Origin: Candidatus Scatosoma sp.
GTDB taxonomy: Bacteria; Bacillota; Clostridia; Christensenellales; Borkfalkiaceae
Direction: 5' to 3'
Length of the DNA: 64,000 bases
NCBI GenBank assembly: GCA_045654025.1
Contig: JAZOMO010000031.1
Location: 27,173 to 91,172 of the forward strand
Part shown: piece after piece, positions 7,915 through 16,509 of the stretch
Layout: each line of letters begins with the position of its first letter
Numbering within the stretch: the first letter of the stretch is position 1
The notes under the pieces: model-generated
Databases searched by the model: none
The model's input: only the letters and a program-made list of their open reading frames with translations
Told to the model about the DNA's origin: nothing
Made by a program: the position numbers and the translations under genes

Positions 7915-9024
7915 TTATTTTGCATATTTTTCAACGATTTGTTGCATCTCGTCTAGCTTTTCCAACATTCTCTCAGATAATGCTAAATGACATCTCGCGC
8001 GGTCGAGGTTTTGTCCCTCGTAATGCACGCGGAAGTACTTATCCCCATCCAAATAATCGGAAAGGAACCGAATACCGCACTCTACCGTCATCGCAAGCGC
8101 ACCCAAAGCCAAGGTTTCTACCTCTCTTTGCGTCATCATCGACTTTAACTCGCCGACGAAACCCTTGGTAAAGCCCTCGTATTTTTCCATATCGACAGCG
8201 ATTTTCGCAAGGTCTTTTTCATCCTCACCACAGGTGTTGCCCACAATACGAATCGCATCGCCAAAATCACAAGCCACTAGCCCCGGCATAACGGTATCGA
8301 GGTCAATGACCGAAAGATGCTCGTGCGTGTCTGCATCAAATAAAACGTTGCTGGTCTTCGTGTCGTTATGGGTGACCCTCAGGGGCAGTTCCCCTTTGCG
8401 CTGCAGTTTGTACAGTTTCGTTGCCACTTCTTCCAGCGCCAAGTATCCGTCAATCTCAGAGGAAACACTCGCTCTTCTTCCCGCCAAGTCGTCTGCTACT
8501 GCCTTCTTAAAGATTTCATAGCGGTTGACCGTGTTATGGAAATGAGGTATTACGATATGTAAATCCTTCACAGGATAATCTGCAAGATATTTTTGGAACT
8601 TTCCAAAAGCGCGCCCTGATTCCTCTGCAAGCTTTACGGTGGAAGCTTCTAAAAAGGAAACAGAATTATCAATAAATCGGCAACAACGCCAAAATCCGCC
8701 GTCCTCTAATTGCGTATAATATTTTCCGTCTTTCGACTTTTGGTAATGCAAGACAAACCGCTTTGCACTAACGCCCGTCGCCTTAATCTTTGCGCGTATA
8801 TATTCGGTAACGTTGACGATATTCTCCATCATCTCAACGGGTTGCTTGAATACATAGGTATTCACCTGTTGCAGAATATAGTCCTTTAACTCTCCGTTTC
8901 GAATAAAATACGCCTTATAAGTTTCATTGATGTGTCCGCTGTGGATAACTTCACAATGCGAATACTCACCCGCAATTGCAAAGCGCGACAACGCCTCCAA
9001 AACCTTGGCTTCATTGATACTCAT
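7915..9024 (-). CDS. nahK: N-acetylhexosamine 1-kinase-like (APH-family) sugar kinase
   Basis: 369 aa, colinear by eye with Bifidobacterium NahK: PLRVTHNDTKTSNVLFD, IDLDTVMPG, DFGDAIR, EDEKDL, ECGIRFLSDYLDGDKYF. Confidence 0.75.
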   Translation of the reverse strand: MSINEAKVLEALSRFAIAGEYSHCEVIHSGHINETYKAYFIRNGELKDYILQQVNTYVFKQPVEMMENIVNVTEYIRAKIKATGVSAKRFVLHYQKSKDGKYYTQLEDGGFWRCCRFIDNSVSFLEASTVKLAEESGRAFGKFQKYLADYPVKDLHIVIPHFHNTVNRYEIFKKAVADDLAGRRASVSSEIDGYLALEEVATKLYKLQRKGELPLRVTHNDTKTSNVLFDADTHEHLSVIDLDTVMPGLVACDFGDAIRIVGNTCGEDEKDLAKIAVDMEKYEGFTKGFVGELKSMMTQREVETLALGALAMTVECGIRFLSDYLDGDKYFRVHYEGQNLDRARCHLALSERMLEKLDEMQQIVEKYAK

Positions 9025-9068
9025 ACTTTCCTACCTAAATCGTTTTCCTCGTACACTCAGCATTTATG

Positions 9069-9097
9069 ATTATAGCATAGCTACTTTGTTTTGTCAA
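9069..9097 (-). promoter_or_regulatory. Consensus sigma-A promoter of nahK
   Basis: On the minus strand: TTGACA (9092-9097), 17-nt spacer, TATAAT (9069-9074). Confidence 0.55.
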
Positions 9098-9151
9098 GTC
9101 CCTTTTTTTAATAAAACACATATTTACCCGCAAATAAGCCATAATTATTGT

Positions 9152-9922
9152 ATGCTTACATCCTTTCGAATTTGCGCCGTCTTCTATACGCTTTTTCAGT
9201 TGACCTTGCCGATTTTTGTCGCAAATCAAGGCAACGCTAACAGCGACTGTTGGGAGACGGCAACCGTTGATATTTCTCAGGTTCAGCCGCACCGCAAACT
9301 GCTGGCGTTGACCTTCGACGACGCCCCTGCCTCCACCTTAGAGGAAATCGTTGCCGTTTTTTTAAGCTACAACCAAAAGCACCCCGACGTCCCTGCCAGC
9401 GCCACCGTCTTTTGCAACGGCGCGCGAATCACCCATGCCACCGCCCCCGCCGTTGCCGCAGCCACAGCCTTGGGATTTGAGCTCGGAAACCACACCCAGC
9501 ACCATTACGACCTTTCCACTCTCACCCAAGCGGAACTGCAATCGGAAATCGACCGTACCGACCAGTTGCTCTATCCGTTTGATAAACGCCGACTGCACCT
9601 ATTGCGCGCCCCCTACGGACGGATTAGCGACAGCGTGCGACAGCAGGCAAAAACCCCTATCATCGACTGGTTTATCGACACCAACGACTGGACCGGCGTT
9701 TCCGCAGACGAGATTTACGATACCGTCTGGGAAAATAAGTCGGACGGCGCTATCATACTCATGCACGACGGCTACCCAAATACCGTAGACGCATTAAAGA
9801 GGCTGTTGCCTGACCTATACAAGGCAGGCTACCAAGCCGTCAGCGTTTCACAAATGGCAAAGGCGCACGATTGCCGCTTAAAAATCGGCCAAGTCTATAC
9901 GCGCGCCCGAAAACGTTCTTGA
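9152..9922 (+). CDS. Polysaccharide deacetylase (NodB/CE4 domain), probably exported
   Basis: Start re-set to the ATG at 9152; the 8927 extension overlaps nahK. Hydrophobic N-terminus. NodB motifs TFDDAP, GNHTQHH, LRAPYG and ILMHD are all present. Confidence 0.8.
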   Translation: MLTSFRICAVFYTLFQLTLPIFVANQGNANSDCWETATVDISQVQPHRKLLALTFDDAPASTLEEIVAVFLSYNQKHPDVPASATVFCNGARITHATAPAVAAATALGFELGNHTQHHYDLSTLTQAELQSEIDRTDQLLYPFDKRRLHLLRAPYGRISDSVRQQAKTPIIDWFIDTNDWTGVSADEIYDTVWENKSDGAIILMHDGYPNTVDALKRLLPDLYKAGYQAVSVSQMAKAHDCRLKIGQVYTRARKRS

Positions 9923-9930
9923 TGGATAAA

Positions 9931-9985
9931 AAGGCTATGTCACAGAGCCTATAAAAAAATCCCCACGATCGGCGGGGATTTTCTT
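9931..9985. terminator. Two back-to-back hairpins forming a bidirectional terminator region
   Basis: AGGCT..AGCCT (9932-9950) has a T-run on the minus strand. ATCCCC..GGGGAT (9959-9979) has T-runs on both strands. Lies between the convergent deacetylase and lysC. Confidence 0.55.
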
Positions 9986-9989
9986 GATT

Positions 9990-11324
9990 TTATGCTTCGT
10001 TTTTAGGGAAAAATTCGTAGTAGATGGCGCGAATACAGCTTTCGCAATCCTTGCCCTCTACGCCAACGATGATGTTCAGCTCGCTGGAGCCTTGGTCAAT
10101 CATATTGACGTTGATACCGCTTTCCGACAACGCCTTAAACAGTCTTGCCGAAGTACCTACGTTCCTTGCCATACCGTGCCCTACGGTAGCAATCATCGCA
10201 ATGTCCTCGTGGGTGTAAATCTTATCAGGGGAAACCGCTTCTTTGATTTCCGCCACCAGCGCATCCAGAACACCGCCCTTTAAGAATTCGTTGTCGATGA
10301 CCAAAGACATCGTATCAATCCCCGAAGGCAAATGTTCGAAAGAAATGCCGTGCTTACCGATGACAGCCAAAACCTTTTGCACAAACCCGATTTCCGCGTT
10401 CATCATCGACTTTTCAATGGTGATGGAAGTAAAACCCTTCTTGCCTGCAATCCCGGTGACAACCCCCTCGCCCAAGCGGCGCTTTGCCGCCGTAACGATG
10501 TACGTACCACGATCCTCAGGGCGGAAGGTATTACAAATACGAATGGGAATCCCTGCGCTACGAACGGGGAAAATCGATTCGCTGTGCAGTACGTTTGCGC
10601 CCATGTACGACAATTCTCGAAGCTCCGCATAAGACAATTCTTCCATGCAAAGCGGGTTGTTAACAATACGGGGATCGCAAGCATAAAATCCGCTGACGTC
10701 CGTCCAGTTTTCATACAGCTTTGCCATGACGCCGCGCGCCACAATTGCGCCGGAAATATCGCCGCCGCCACGCGAGAAGGCTTTTACCTTGCCATCTGCC
10801 CCCAGTCCGTAGAATCCGGGAACAACAGCGCGGTCGTATTTCTTCAGCGTTTCGCTGGCAAGCGCAAAAGTTTCCTCTTTCAACAGTCCATTCTCGTCGA
10901 AGCGAACAAATTCGGTTGCATCGACAAAGGGAACGCCCAGCACCGCCGCCATAATATGCGCCACAATAAATTCACCGCGGGAAACGCAGTAATCTTTACC
11001 TGCACCGCCAAGGATTTCTGCTTTCGCCTCATCAAGAGCCGTCTGCACCTGCAAATCTCTACCGATTTCGCGTTCAATATTCAAAAAACGCTGGCTAATC
11101 TTCGCCCACAGTTCTTCAAATAACGTTTCATTCTTTTCTTCGTACGCATCGTACAACGAATACAGCAAATCCGTCACCTTGATATCGCCGCTAAAACGCT
11201 TACCGGGGGCAGATACTACGACGTATCTTCTCTCTGCTTCCGCGCCCACGATTTGCGCCGCGCGTAAAATGACGTTGCCGTCTGCCATAGACGTGCCGCC
11301 GAACTTGCACACCTTACAATCCAT
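9990..11324 (-). CDS. lysC: Aspartate kinase
   Basis: 444 aa. N-terminal KFGGTSMADG signature, amino-acid kinase fold and C-terminal ACT-like repeats. AGGAGA RBS. Confidence 0.9.
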   Translation of the reverse strand: MDCKVCKFGGTSMADGNVILRAAQIVGAEAERRYVVVSAPGKRFSGDIKVTDLLYSLYDAYEEKNETLFEELWAKISQRFLNIEREIGRDLQVQTALDEAKAEILGGAGKDYCVSRGEFIVAHIMAAVLGVPFVDATEFVRFDENGLLKEETFALASETLKKYDRAVVPGFYGLGADGKVKAFSRGGGDISGAIVARGVMAKLYENWTDVSGFYACDPRIVNNPLCMEELSYAELRELSYMGANVLHSESIFPVRSAGIPIRICNTFRPEDRGTYIVTAAKRRLGEGVVTGIAGKKGFTSITIEKSMMNAEIGFVQKVLAVIGKHGISFEHLPSGIDTMSLVIDNEFLKGGVLDALVAEIKEAVSPDKIYTHEDIAMIATVGHGMARNVGTSARLFKALSESGINVNMIDQGSSELNIIVGVEGKDCESCIRAIYYEFFPKNEA

Positions 11325-11361
11325 ATTTTTCTCCTAATATAAAAGCTTTTTCTCTAAAGAT

Positions 11362-11466
11362 TTAAATATTCAACAAGAATACCACTAAGAAAGCCATCAG
11401 CAACGACAAAGCTTTAATCCAAAACTTGGAGATAAAAACTTCTTTTAAAAAATTTAGGAATTTCAT
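11362..11466 (-). CDS. 34-codon ORF resembling only the N-terminal transmembrane helix of CdaR (YbbR-domain regulator)
   Basis: The ATG overlaps the cdaA TGA (ATGA). The peptide MKFLNFLKEVFISKFWIKALSLLMAFLVVFLLNI resembles the Bacillus CdaR N-terminus (..KFLN..W.VKIIALLFALLL..). No YbbR repeats follow. Uses TTA/CTA codons that are rare elsewhere in the window. Confidence 0.4.
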   Translation of the reverse strand: MKFLNFLKEVFISKFWIKALSLLMAFLVVFLLNI

Positions 11467-12344
11467 TTGCTGATCACCACCCTAGATTTTTTCTCTGTTA
11501 AAGGCAATTCTTGCCAATAATAATCACGCAACACCTTCGTCAACATCTCGGTATCAGGGAAACGCTCCACGTTGCCTTGCTTTACAATCGAAATGATACC
11601 CGTTTCCTCGGAAACGACCAAAGCCACTACGTTCGCAACCTCGGTGATACCAATGCCGGCGCGGTGTCTTGTGCCAAATTCCTTCGGATACGAGGTCTTC
11701 TGCGTCAACGGCAAGAAACAGCCAGCCGCCTGTATCTTATGCCCACGAATAATCATTGCACCATCGTGCAAAGGCGAATTCGGGAAGAATACACCCTCAA
11801 TCAACTGACTGGAGATATTTGCCTCCAAAGCCACGCCGCTGTGCGTGACGTTCTTAGGCAAGCTACCCCTTGAAAGAACGATGAGCGCGCCCGTCTTGGA
11901 CTTCGACATATTCTGTACTGCCTTGATAATATCGCCGATACAATGTTCTACGTCCTCCGGCGAATGCACCTCGGAAGATCTGCCGCCCGCTTTTTCCGCA
12001 GGGCTACTCTTCGTATGATGCACGTCCCAAAGCATCTTCTTCACCTCGACGTTGAAGAAAATCAGCATAACCGCCGACAACAACAAGATATACGCAAAGA
12101 AGAATGGCTTTGAAATCAGGTCGGGAACCCAGCAAAGCAACACGCCGCCGCAAAGGAGCGCCGCCCAGTACGCCAGCATCATCTTTGTGGCATCATTCTC
12201 CCGCAAAACCTTTGATACGTAATAAATCATCAGGAAGAAAATCAGCCATTCAAAAGCGTACAACAGCTGAAAATTCGTAAAGAAATTCTCCAACTTAGAA
12301 ATCACGCCCTGTACATTGTCCAAAAAGGTCGCTAATAATATCAT
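11463..12344 (-). CDS. cdaA: Diadenylate cyclase CdaA
   Basis: 293 aa. Three N-terminal TM helices plus a DAC domain with DGAMIIRG and TRHRAGIGITE motifs. AGGAGG RBS. Confidence 0.9.
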   Translation of the reverse strand: MILLATFLDNVQGVISKLENFFTNFQLLYAFEWLIFFLMIYYVSKVLRENDATKMMLAYWAALLCGGVLLCWVPDLISKPFFFAYILLLSAVMLIFFNVEVKKMLWDVHHTKSSPAEKAGGRSSEVHSPEDVEHCIGDIIKAVQNMSKSKTGALIVLSRGSLPKNVTHSGVALEANISSQLIEGVFFPNSPLHDGAMIIRGHKIQAAGCFLPLTQKTSYPKEFGTRHRAGIGITEVANVVALVVSEETGIISIVKQGNVERFPDTEMLTKVLRDYYWQELPLTEKKSRVVISK

Positions 12345-12386
12345 CTATACCTCCTTCAGCGCAATCTGCGCCAAATATGCCATTCA

Positions 12387-13376
12387 TCACAGCAACACCC
12401 TAGCACTCACCCTATGCACCGCCGCAGACGGGGTCAGTTCCCCACATTTCACCGCCGCAATCGCCTCGTACACCGACGTGTAATATTCCATCAACGCCTC
12501 AGGCGTAAACTTTGCCGCTTGTTTTTTGTTCTTTCTTACGGCATGCTCCTTCATCGAAAGAGCCGCCGCTATGGCCGCCGAAGTTCCCTTCATAATGCGC
12601 ATCTCGTACAAGCTCTTAAAGTAACTTGCAATCATGCTCAACGTCGGGATAATCTCCGTCGTTTTGTCCGTTAAATCATTCAAAATACGGATAAATCCCG
12701 CGCGGTCGCCACGGGAAATCGCATTCGTCAGTTCATATACCTTGTATTCCATCTCAGGGTGAACGTTTTCGCGCACCATTTCATCGGTTAACCGAGTAGC
12801 CCCCGCGCTTTCTGCGCAGAGCAACAGCTTCTCCGTTTCCATCGCGATGCGTGACATATCGTAATTGCAGTACGCCGCAATCAGGTCGCAGGTCATTCCG
12901 TCCGCAATCACCCCTGCCTTTTTCATCGTCAGATAAATCCACCGTTTAATCGTTTCCTCATCCGAACGACCGCAATCTACGAACGACACGTTCGGGGCTT
13001 TCGCCAAGGATACACCGCCCGCCTTTTCCCTGCTCGCGTTGGAAATAAACAAAATCACGGAGGGCGTTGGATTTTCAAAGAGTGGTTTTAAATACTGCGC
13101 ATATTCTTTTTCCGTGGGATAAAATTCCGAAACCTTGACAAACCGCTTTTCGCTAGCAAAGGGAAAACTGCTCGCCGCCGCAACCAACGAAGAGAGTTTT
13201 TCACCCTTCAAGGCACTCCCTTCAAAAGCGACGTAATCGAGGATGGGCTGTTGTACGTACTTCGATTTTAAAAGAGCCTCTCCCTTTTCACGGAAATAGA
13301 CTTCTTCCCCCTCAAAAACGTAGATCGGCTGCGCACCGTTCTCGTCGGTAAATTTTCGAAAATCCACGTATTTCAT
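12387..13376 (-). CDS. holA: DNA polymerase III subunit delta
   Basis: 329 aa with delta-subunit-like organisation. Conserved comEC-holA adjacency. Confidence 0.75.
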   Translation of the reverse strand: MKYVDFRKFTDENGAQPIYVFEGEEVYFREKGEALLKSKYVQQPILDYVAFEGSALKGEKLSSLVAAASSFPFASEKRFVKVSEFYPTEKEYAQYLKPLFENPTPSVILFISNASREKAGGVSLAKAPNVSFVDCGRSDEETIKRWIYLTMKKAGVIADGMTCDLIAAYCNYDMSRIAMETEKLLLCAESAGATRLTDEMVRENVHPEMEYKVYELTNAISRGDRAGFIRILNDLTDKTTEIIPTLSMIASYFKSLYEMRIMKGTSAAIAAALSMKEHAVRKNKKQAAKFTPEALMEYYTSVYEAIAAVKCGELTPSAAVHRVSARVLL

Positions 13377-13439
13377 GCCTAAAAATGCGCTCCACGATAT
13401 TCTTCCAAGGTTAGTATAGCATAAATAATCGTAAAAAGC

Positions 13440-13462
13440 AAGAATTTAGAAATAAATTCTTA
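13440..13462 (-). terminator. Hairpin terminator after comEC
   Basis: On the minus strand: AAGAATTTA-TTTC-TAAATTCTT followed by GCTTTTT. Confidence 0.5.
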
Positions 13463-13466
13463 ACAT

Positions 13467-15131
13467 TCAAAGCAATAGACAGACAATGAATGAAATTGCA
13501 AATATCCCTACAATCCCACATTTTTGCCATTTGGCAAGATTGAATTTATCCGAAAGAAATATCCAACCCACGTAATAACAAAGCAAAGCCTCGGTAGATA
13601 ATCCACTCCCTGCGACAACGCCCATTTGCAACTCCAACACGTGAAAGGGCAACATCAAAAGGTTGATACAGAGGTTGGGTACGTATAGTAAAATCACAGC
13701 CGCAATCGGGAAAAGCGAAGATACAACCGTGAGCAGCAATAACCCCGAAAAACCCACAGACATCAACGGCACGTAGATACAGTTTAGCAGTATCGACACT
13801 ACGGAGAAATACCCAAAGCCGTTATACAAAATGGGCGCGGTTGCAATCTGCGCCGCAAAAGACACGGACAGAAAACCGCAGACCTTTTCCAACGCCTCTA
13901 CCTTCAAGGACTTTGGCGGAGTATTTCCTCGGAACATATCCACCCCTTGCTCTTGAAGTGGTTTTTTGCATATTTTTCGTATAGCACAGGAAATCGTCTT
14001 ACCAACGTTTTCCAAACCGATGCGCAAGGGCTTTGCAAGCAATAAAATCCCCAAACAAGCCCCAAATGAAAGCTGCGCCCCTACGCCAAACACGAGGGTC
14101 GGGTACAGCGTAAAGACGATCAGCGCCGCCAACGAAAGGCTTTCTAAGGGGTCATATTTCACCCCCAACAGAGTACAACTGTACCCGATTAGACAAGTGA
14201 TAATTGCGCGCACAACAGACGGAGAATATCCGCAAATCCCACCGTATAGCAACAAAACAGATGCGATAATCAACAATCGGAAGGGGGCAGGTATGCGATT
14301 ACGGCGAAGCAGGAACAGACAAAAGGCAAACGCAGAGCCGATGTGCAACCCTGAAACAGCGAAGACGTGTGCAATGCCGCCGTAGCGAACGTTTTCCAAA
14401 AGTCCCTCTTCTATCCCTGAGGTATTGCCAAAGAGGATTGCGGTTGCCACCGCCGCTCCCTCTTCCCCCATCGAGGCGTACAGAGTATCCTGCAGCTTGC
14501 CACGAAGGTAGGGAAACGGACGGAAAGCGCGCCCTTGCACTTCATACCAAACGATATCGCCGCCACGATAAATTCGCCCATCGGCAATTGCCTCCGCGCG
14601 AAACCCGTAATTCCCTTCAATACGGTTGTAGGTGCTGACGTCCAGCAGGAGATTGACATTATCACAAAAATCCAAGGCGGTAAAAACGCTCTCGCCTACG
14701 CTGACCGTCATCTGCCCGCCTACCTGCCTGCCGTCTATCGTGAGGTCGGTCAAAAGCAACTTCCCACCCGACGAGGTAGGATTCTTTTCCACTACCGTGC
14801 CGAAAACGTAGTATTCACCGTTGTAGGTTGGTACGTCCTGATACCTTCCCACCGCAACGGAAAACGAGCCGAGCCCCATCAAAAAGGCGGCGTACAGCGC
14901 CGCTATACATGCGAAAAACCGCCCCTTTTTCTTCACGAAAAAGAAGAACGGAAAAGGAATCACCAACGCCAGGACAATCCACAAAACGGCATTTCCCTGC
15001 TCTACTACCTGAAAGTACGCAATAAAAATCCCAAAGAGCAAAAATAAAGCGCATAAGAAAACAGGGCGAAAGTTTACCACTCGCCCTACGCTGATTTCTT
15101 CTTTTGTGTTTGCCTGCTCTTGTTTATTCAT
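13467..15131 (-). CDS. comEC: ComEC/Rec2-family DNA internalisation channel protein (no C-terminal metallo-beta-lactamase domain)
   Basis: 554-aa multi-pass membrane protein with the competence-domain motif GIAHVFAVSGLHIG. No HxHxDH motif anywhere. Confidence 0.8.
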   Translation of the reverse strand: MNKQEQANTKEEISVGRVVNFRPVFLCALFLLFGIFIAYFQVVEQGNAVLWIVLALVIPFPFFFFVKKKGRFFACIAALYAAFLMGLGSFSVAVGRYQDVPTYNGEYYVFGTVVEKNPTSSGGKLLLTDLTIDGRQVGGQMTVSVGESVFTALDFCDNVNLLLDVSTYNRIEGNYGFRAEAIADGRIYRGGDIVWYEVQGRAFRPFPYLRGKLQDTLYASMGEEGAAVATAILFGNTSGIEEGLLENVRYGGIAHVFAVSGLHIGSAFAFCLFLLRRNRIPAPFRLLIIASVLLLYGGICGYSPSVVRAIITCLIGYSCTLLGVKYDPLESLSLAALIVFTLYPTLVFGVGAQLSFGACLGILLLAKPLRIGLENVGKTISCAIRKICKKPLQEQGVDMFRGNTPPKSLKVEALEKVCGFLSVSFAAQIATAPILYNGFGYFSVVSILLNCIYVPLMSVGFSGLLLLTVVSSLFPIAAVILLYVPNLCINLLMLPFHVLELQMGVVAGSGLSTEALLCYYVGWIFLSDKFNLAKWQKCGIVGIFAISFIVCLLL

Positions 15132-15138
15132 ACCACTT

Positions 15139-16116
15139 TTACTCTAAGTACTGGGAAACGGTATAGGACAGCCTATCCAAAACGTCCTCTAAATCCCCAT
15201 ACAGCATACAACCGGAAGCGCGCACGTGCCCACCACCGCCGTATACGCCGGCAATCTTATTGACGTCCGCGTAATTTTTGGAACGCAAGGAAATCTTGTA
15301 CTGACCCTTTCGCATTTCCAAAAGCGCTGCCGCCACTTCCACGCTGTCCACGTTCAACGGAAAATCGACAAACCCTTCCGTCATCCCGTAATTTGCGTTA
15401 TACTTCTTCATCTGCTCCTGCGTGATAACGATTGCCGCAAAGCGGTCGTCAAAATAGTACCGCATCTTGCCCATCACATCTGCGTGCAGAGCGGCGCGCT
15501 CACGAGGCTGACTTTTGAATAGCATATAATTGTAGCGACAAATATCCGCACCTGCCGCCACCAGCTTTGCCGCCGTCGCCAACGTTTCCTCACGCACGTC
15601 GTCGTGGGAGAAATTGCCAGAATCAGTAAGGATACCCATCAGCAAGTATTCCGCCATTTGTTTATCAATGGCCACACCCATGTCTGTGATGAGCGTATAC
15701 ATATTCAAGCAATTCGCCGCGCATTCACGCACGTAGTTATGCTTTGCATAGCGAGGATTCGACACGTGATGGTCGACGTTGATGGTCGGATATTTTCTGC
15801 CCGCCGCACGGAAGGCATACGCAAGCTCGCCTAAGCGGCTCTCATCCGCGCAATCGACGGCGACATATACCTCCGCATCGAAAGGAGGCTTTTTGCACAC
15901 CTCCTGCAACCCGTCTACAAACGCAAGGTTGGACGGAATTTCCGATTCGATACAGACGTAATTTTTGATATTCAGCGCCGTTAAAGCGCGCGAAAGCGCC
16001 ATCGAACTTCCGTACGCATCCCCATCGGGACGAACGTGCGAGAAGATCGCGACGCTTTTAGCCTGCTTTAATATATGTGCTATCTCTTTTAATGATGTGT
16101 TCACACGCATTTCCAA
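15139..16116 (-). CDS. nrnA: DHH/DHHA1 phosphoesterase (nanoRNase/pAp phosphatase NrnA-like)
   Basis: 325 aa. Motifs HVRPDGDAYGS, NVDHH and GGGGH. The start is either TTG at 16116 (GAGGAA 8 nt upstream) or ATG at 16110. Confidence 0.8.
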   Translation of the reverse strand: MEMRVNTSLKEIAHILKQAKSVAIFSHVRPDGDAYGSSMALSRALTALNIKNYVCIESEIPSNLAFVDGLQEVCKKPPFDAEVYVAVDCADESRLGELAYAFRAAGRKYPTINVDHHVSNPRYAKHNYVRECAANCLNMYTLITDMGVAIDKQMAEYLLMGILTDSGNFSHDDVREETLATAAKLVAAGADICRYNYMLFKSQPRERAALHADVMGKMRYYFDDRFAAIVITQEQMKKYNANYGMTEGFVDFPLNVDSVEVAAALLEMRKGQYKISLRSKNYADVNKIAGVYGGGGHVRASGCMLYGDLEDVLDRLSYTVSQYLE

Positions 16117-16122
16117 ATCCGA

Positions 16123-16509
16123 TTATTCCTCGTCGGTGGGTGTTTCTTCGGATTTCTTTCCTTCGTTGATTTTCTTAAACAGCTCGTCCATCTTTGCGCC
16201 GTAGGTCATACTGCCGTCCCAAAGGAAGGTCAGGGAAGGCACGGTACGCATCCGCATCACCTGCGAGAGCTGATGACGGATATACCCTGCATTTTCCTGC
16301 AAGATTTCAAACGAGCGAGCTTTCTCCTGCTCGGTACTTGCATAGATACTGACGTAGATTTTCGCCGTCTTTAAATCAGGCGCAACGTCTGCCTCCGTGA
16401 TAGACACCAAGCCCTTAAAATCGGGGGCTCTGTCCTTCAAGTGGCGGATAATTTCGCTGATTTCTCTTTGATACTCACCGTTTAAACGAGAGGTTCTGGA
16501 CGTTTTCAT
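16123..16509 (-). CDS. rbfA: Ribosome-binding factor A
   Basis: Start re-set to the ATG at 16509, which overlaps the infB TAA (TAATG). RbfA-like sequence (RLNGEYQREISEII..). Conserved infB-rbfA order. Confidence 0.9.
   Translation of the reverse strand: MKTSRTSRLNGEYQREISEIIRHLKDRAPDFKGLVSITEADVAPDLKTAKIYVSIYASTEQEKARSFEILQENAGYIRHQLSQVMRMRTVPSLTFLWDGSMTYGAKMDELFKKINEGKKSEETPTDEE

Noticed and set aside
8927-9151. N-terminal 75-aa extension of the deacetylase ORF in the ORF track.
   Set aside because: - It overlaps the 5' end of nahK and that gene's promoter.
- It has no RBS and has odd composition.
- The NodB domain and a signal-like N-terminus begin after the ATG at 9152.
11325-11361. Looked for a lysine (L-box) riboswitch upstream of lysC.
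   Set aside because: Only 37 nt lie between the CdaR-like stub and lysC, which is too short for an L-box. Only an RBS is present.
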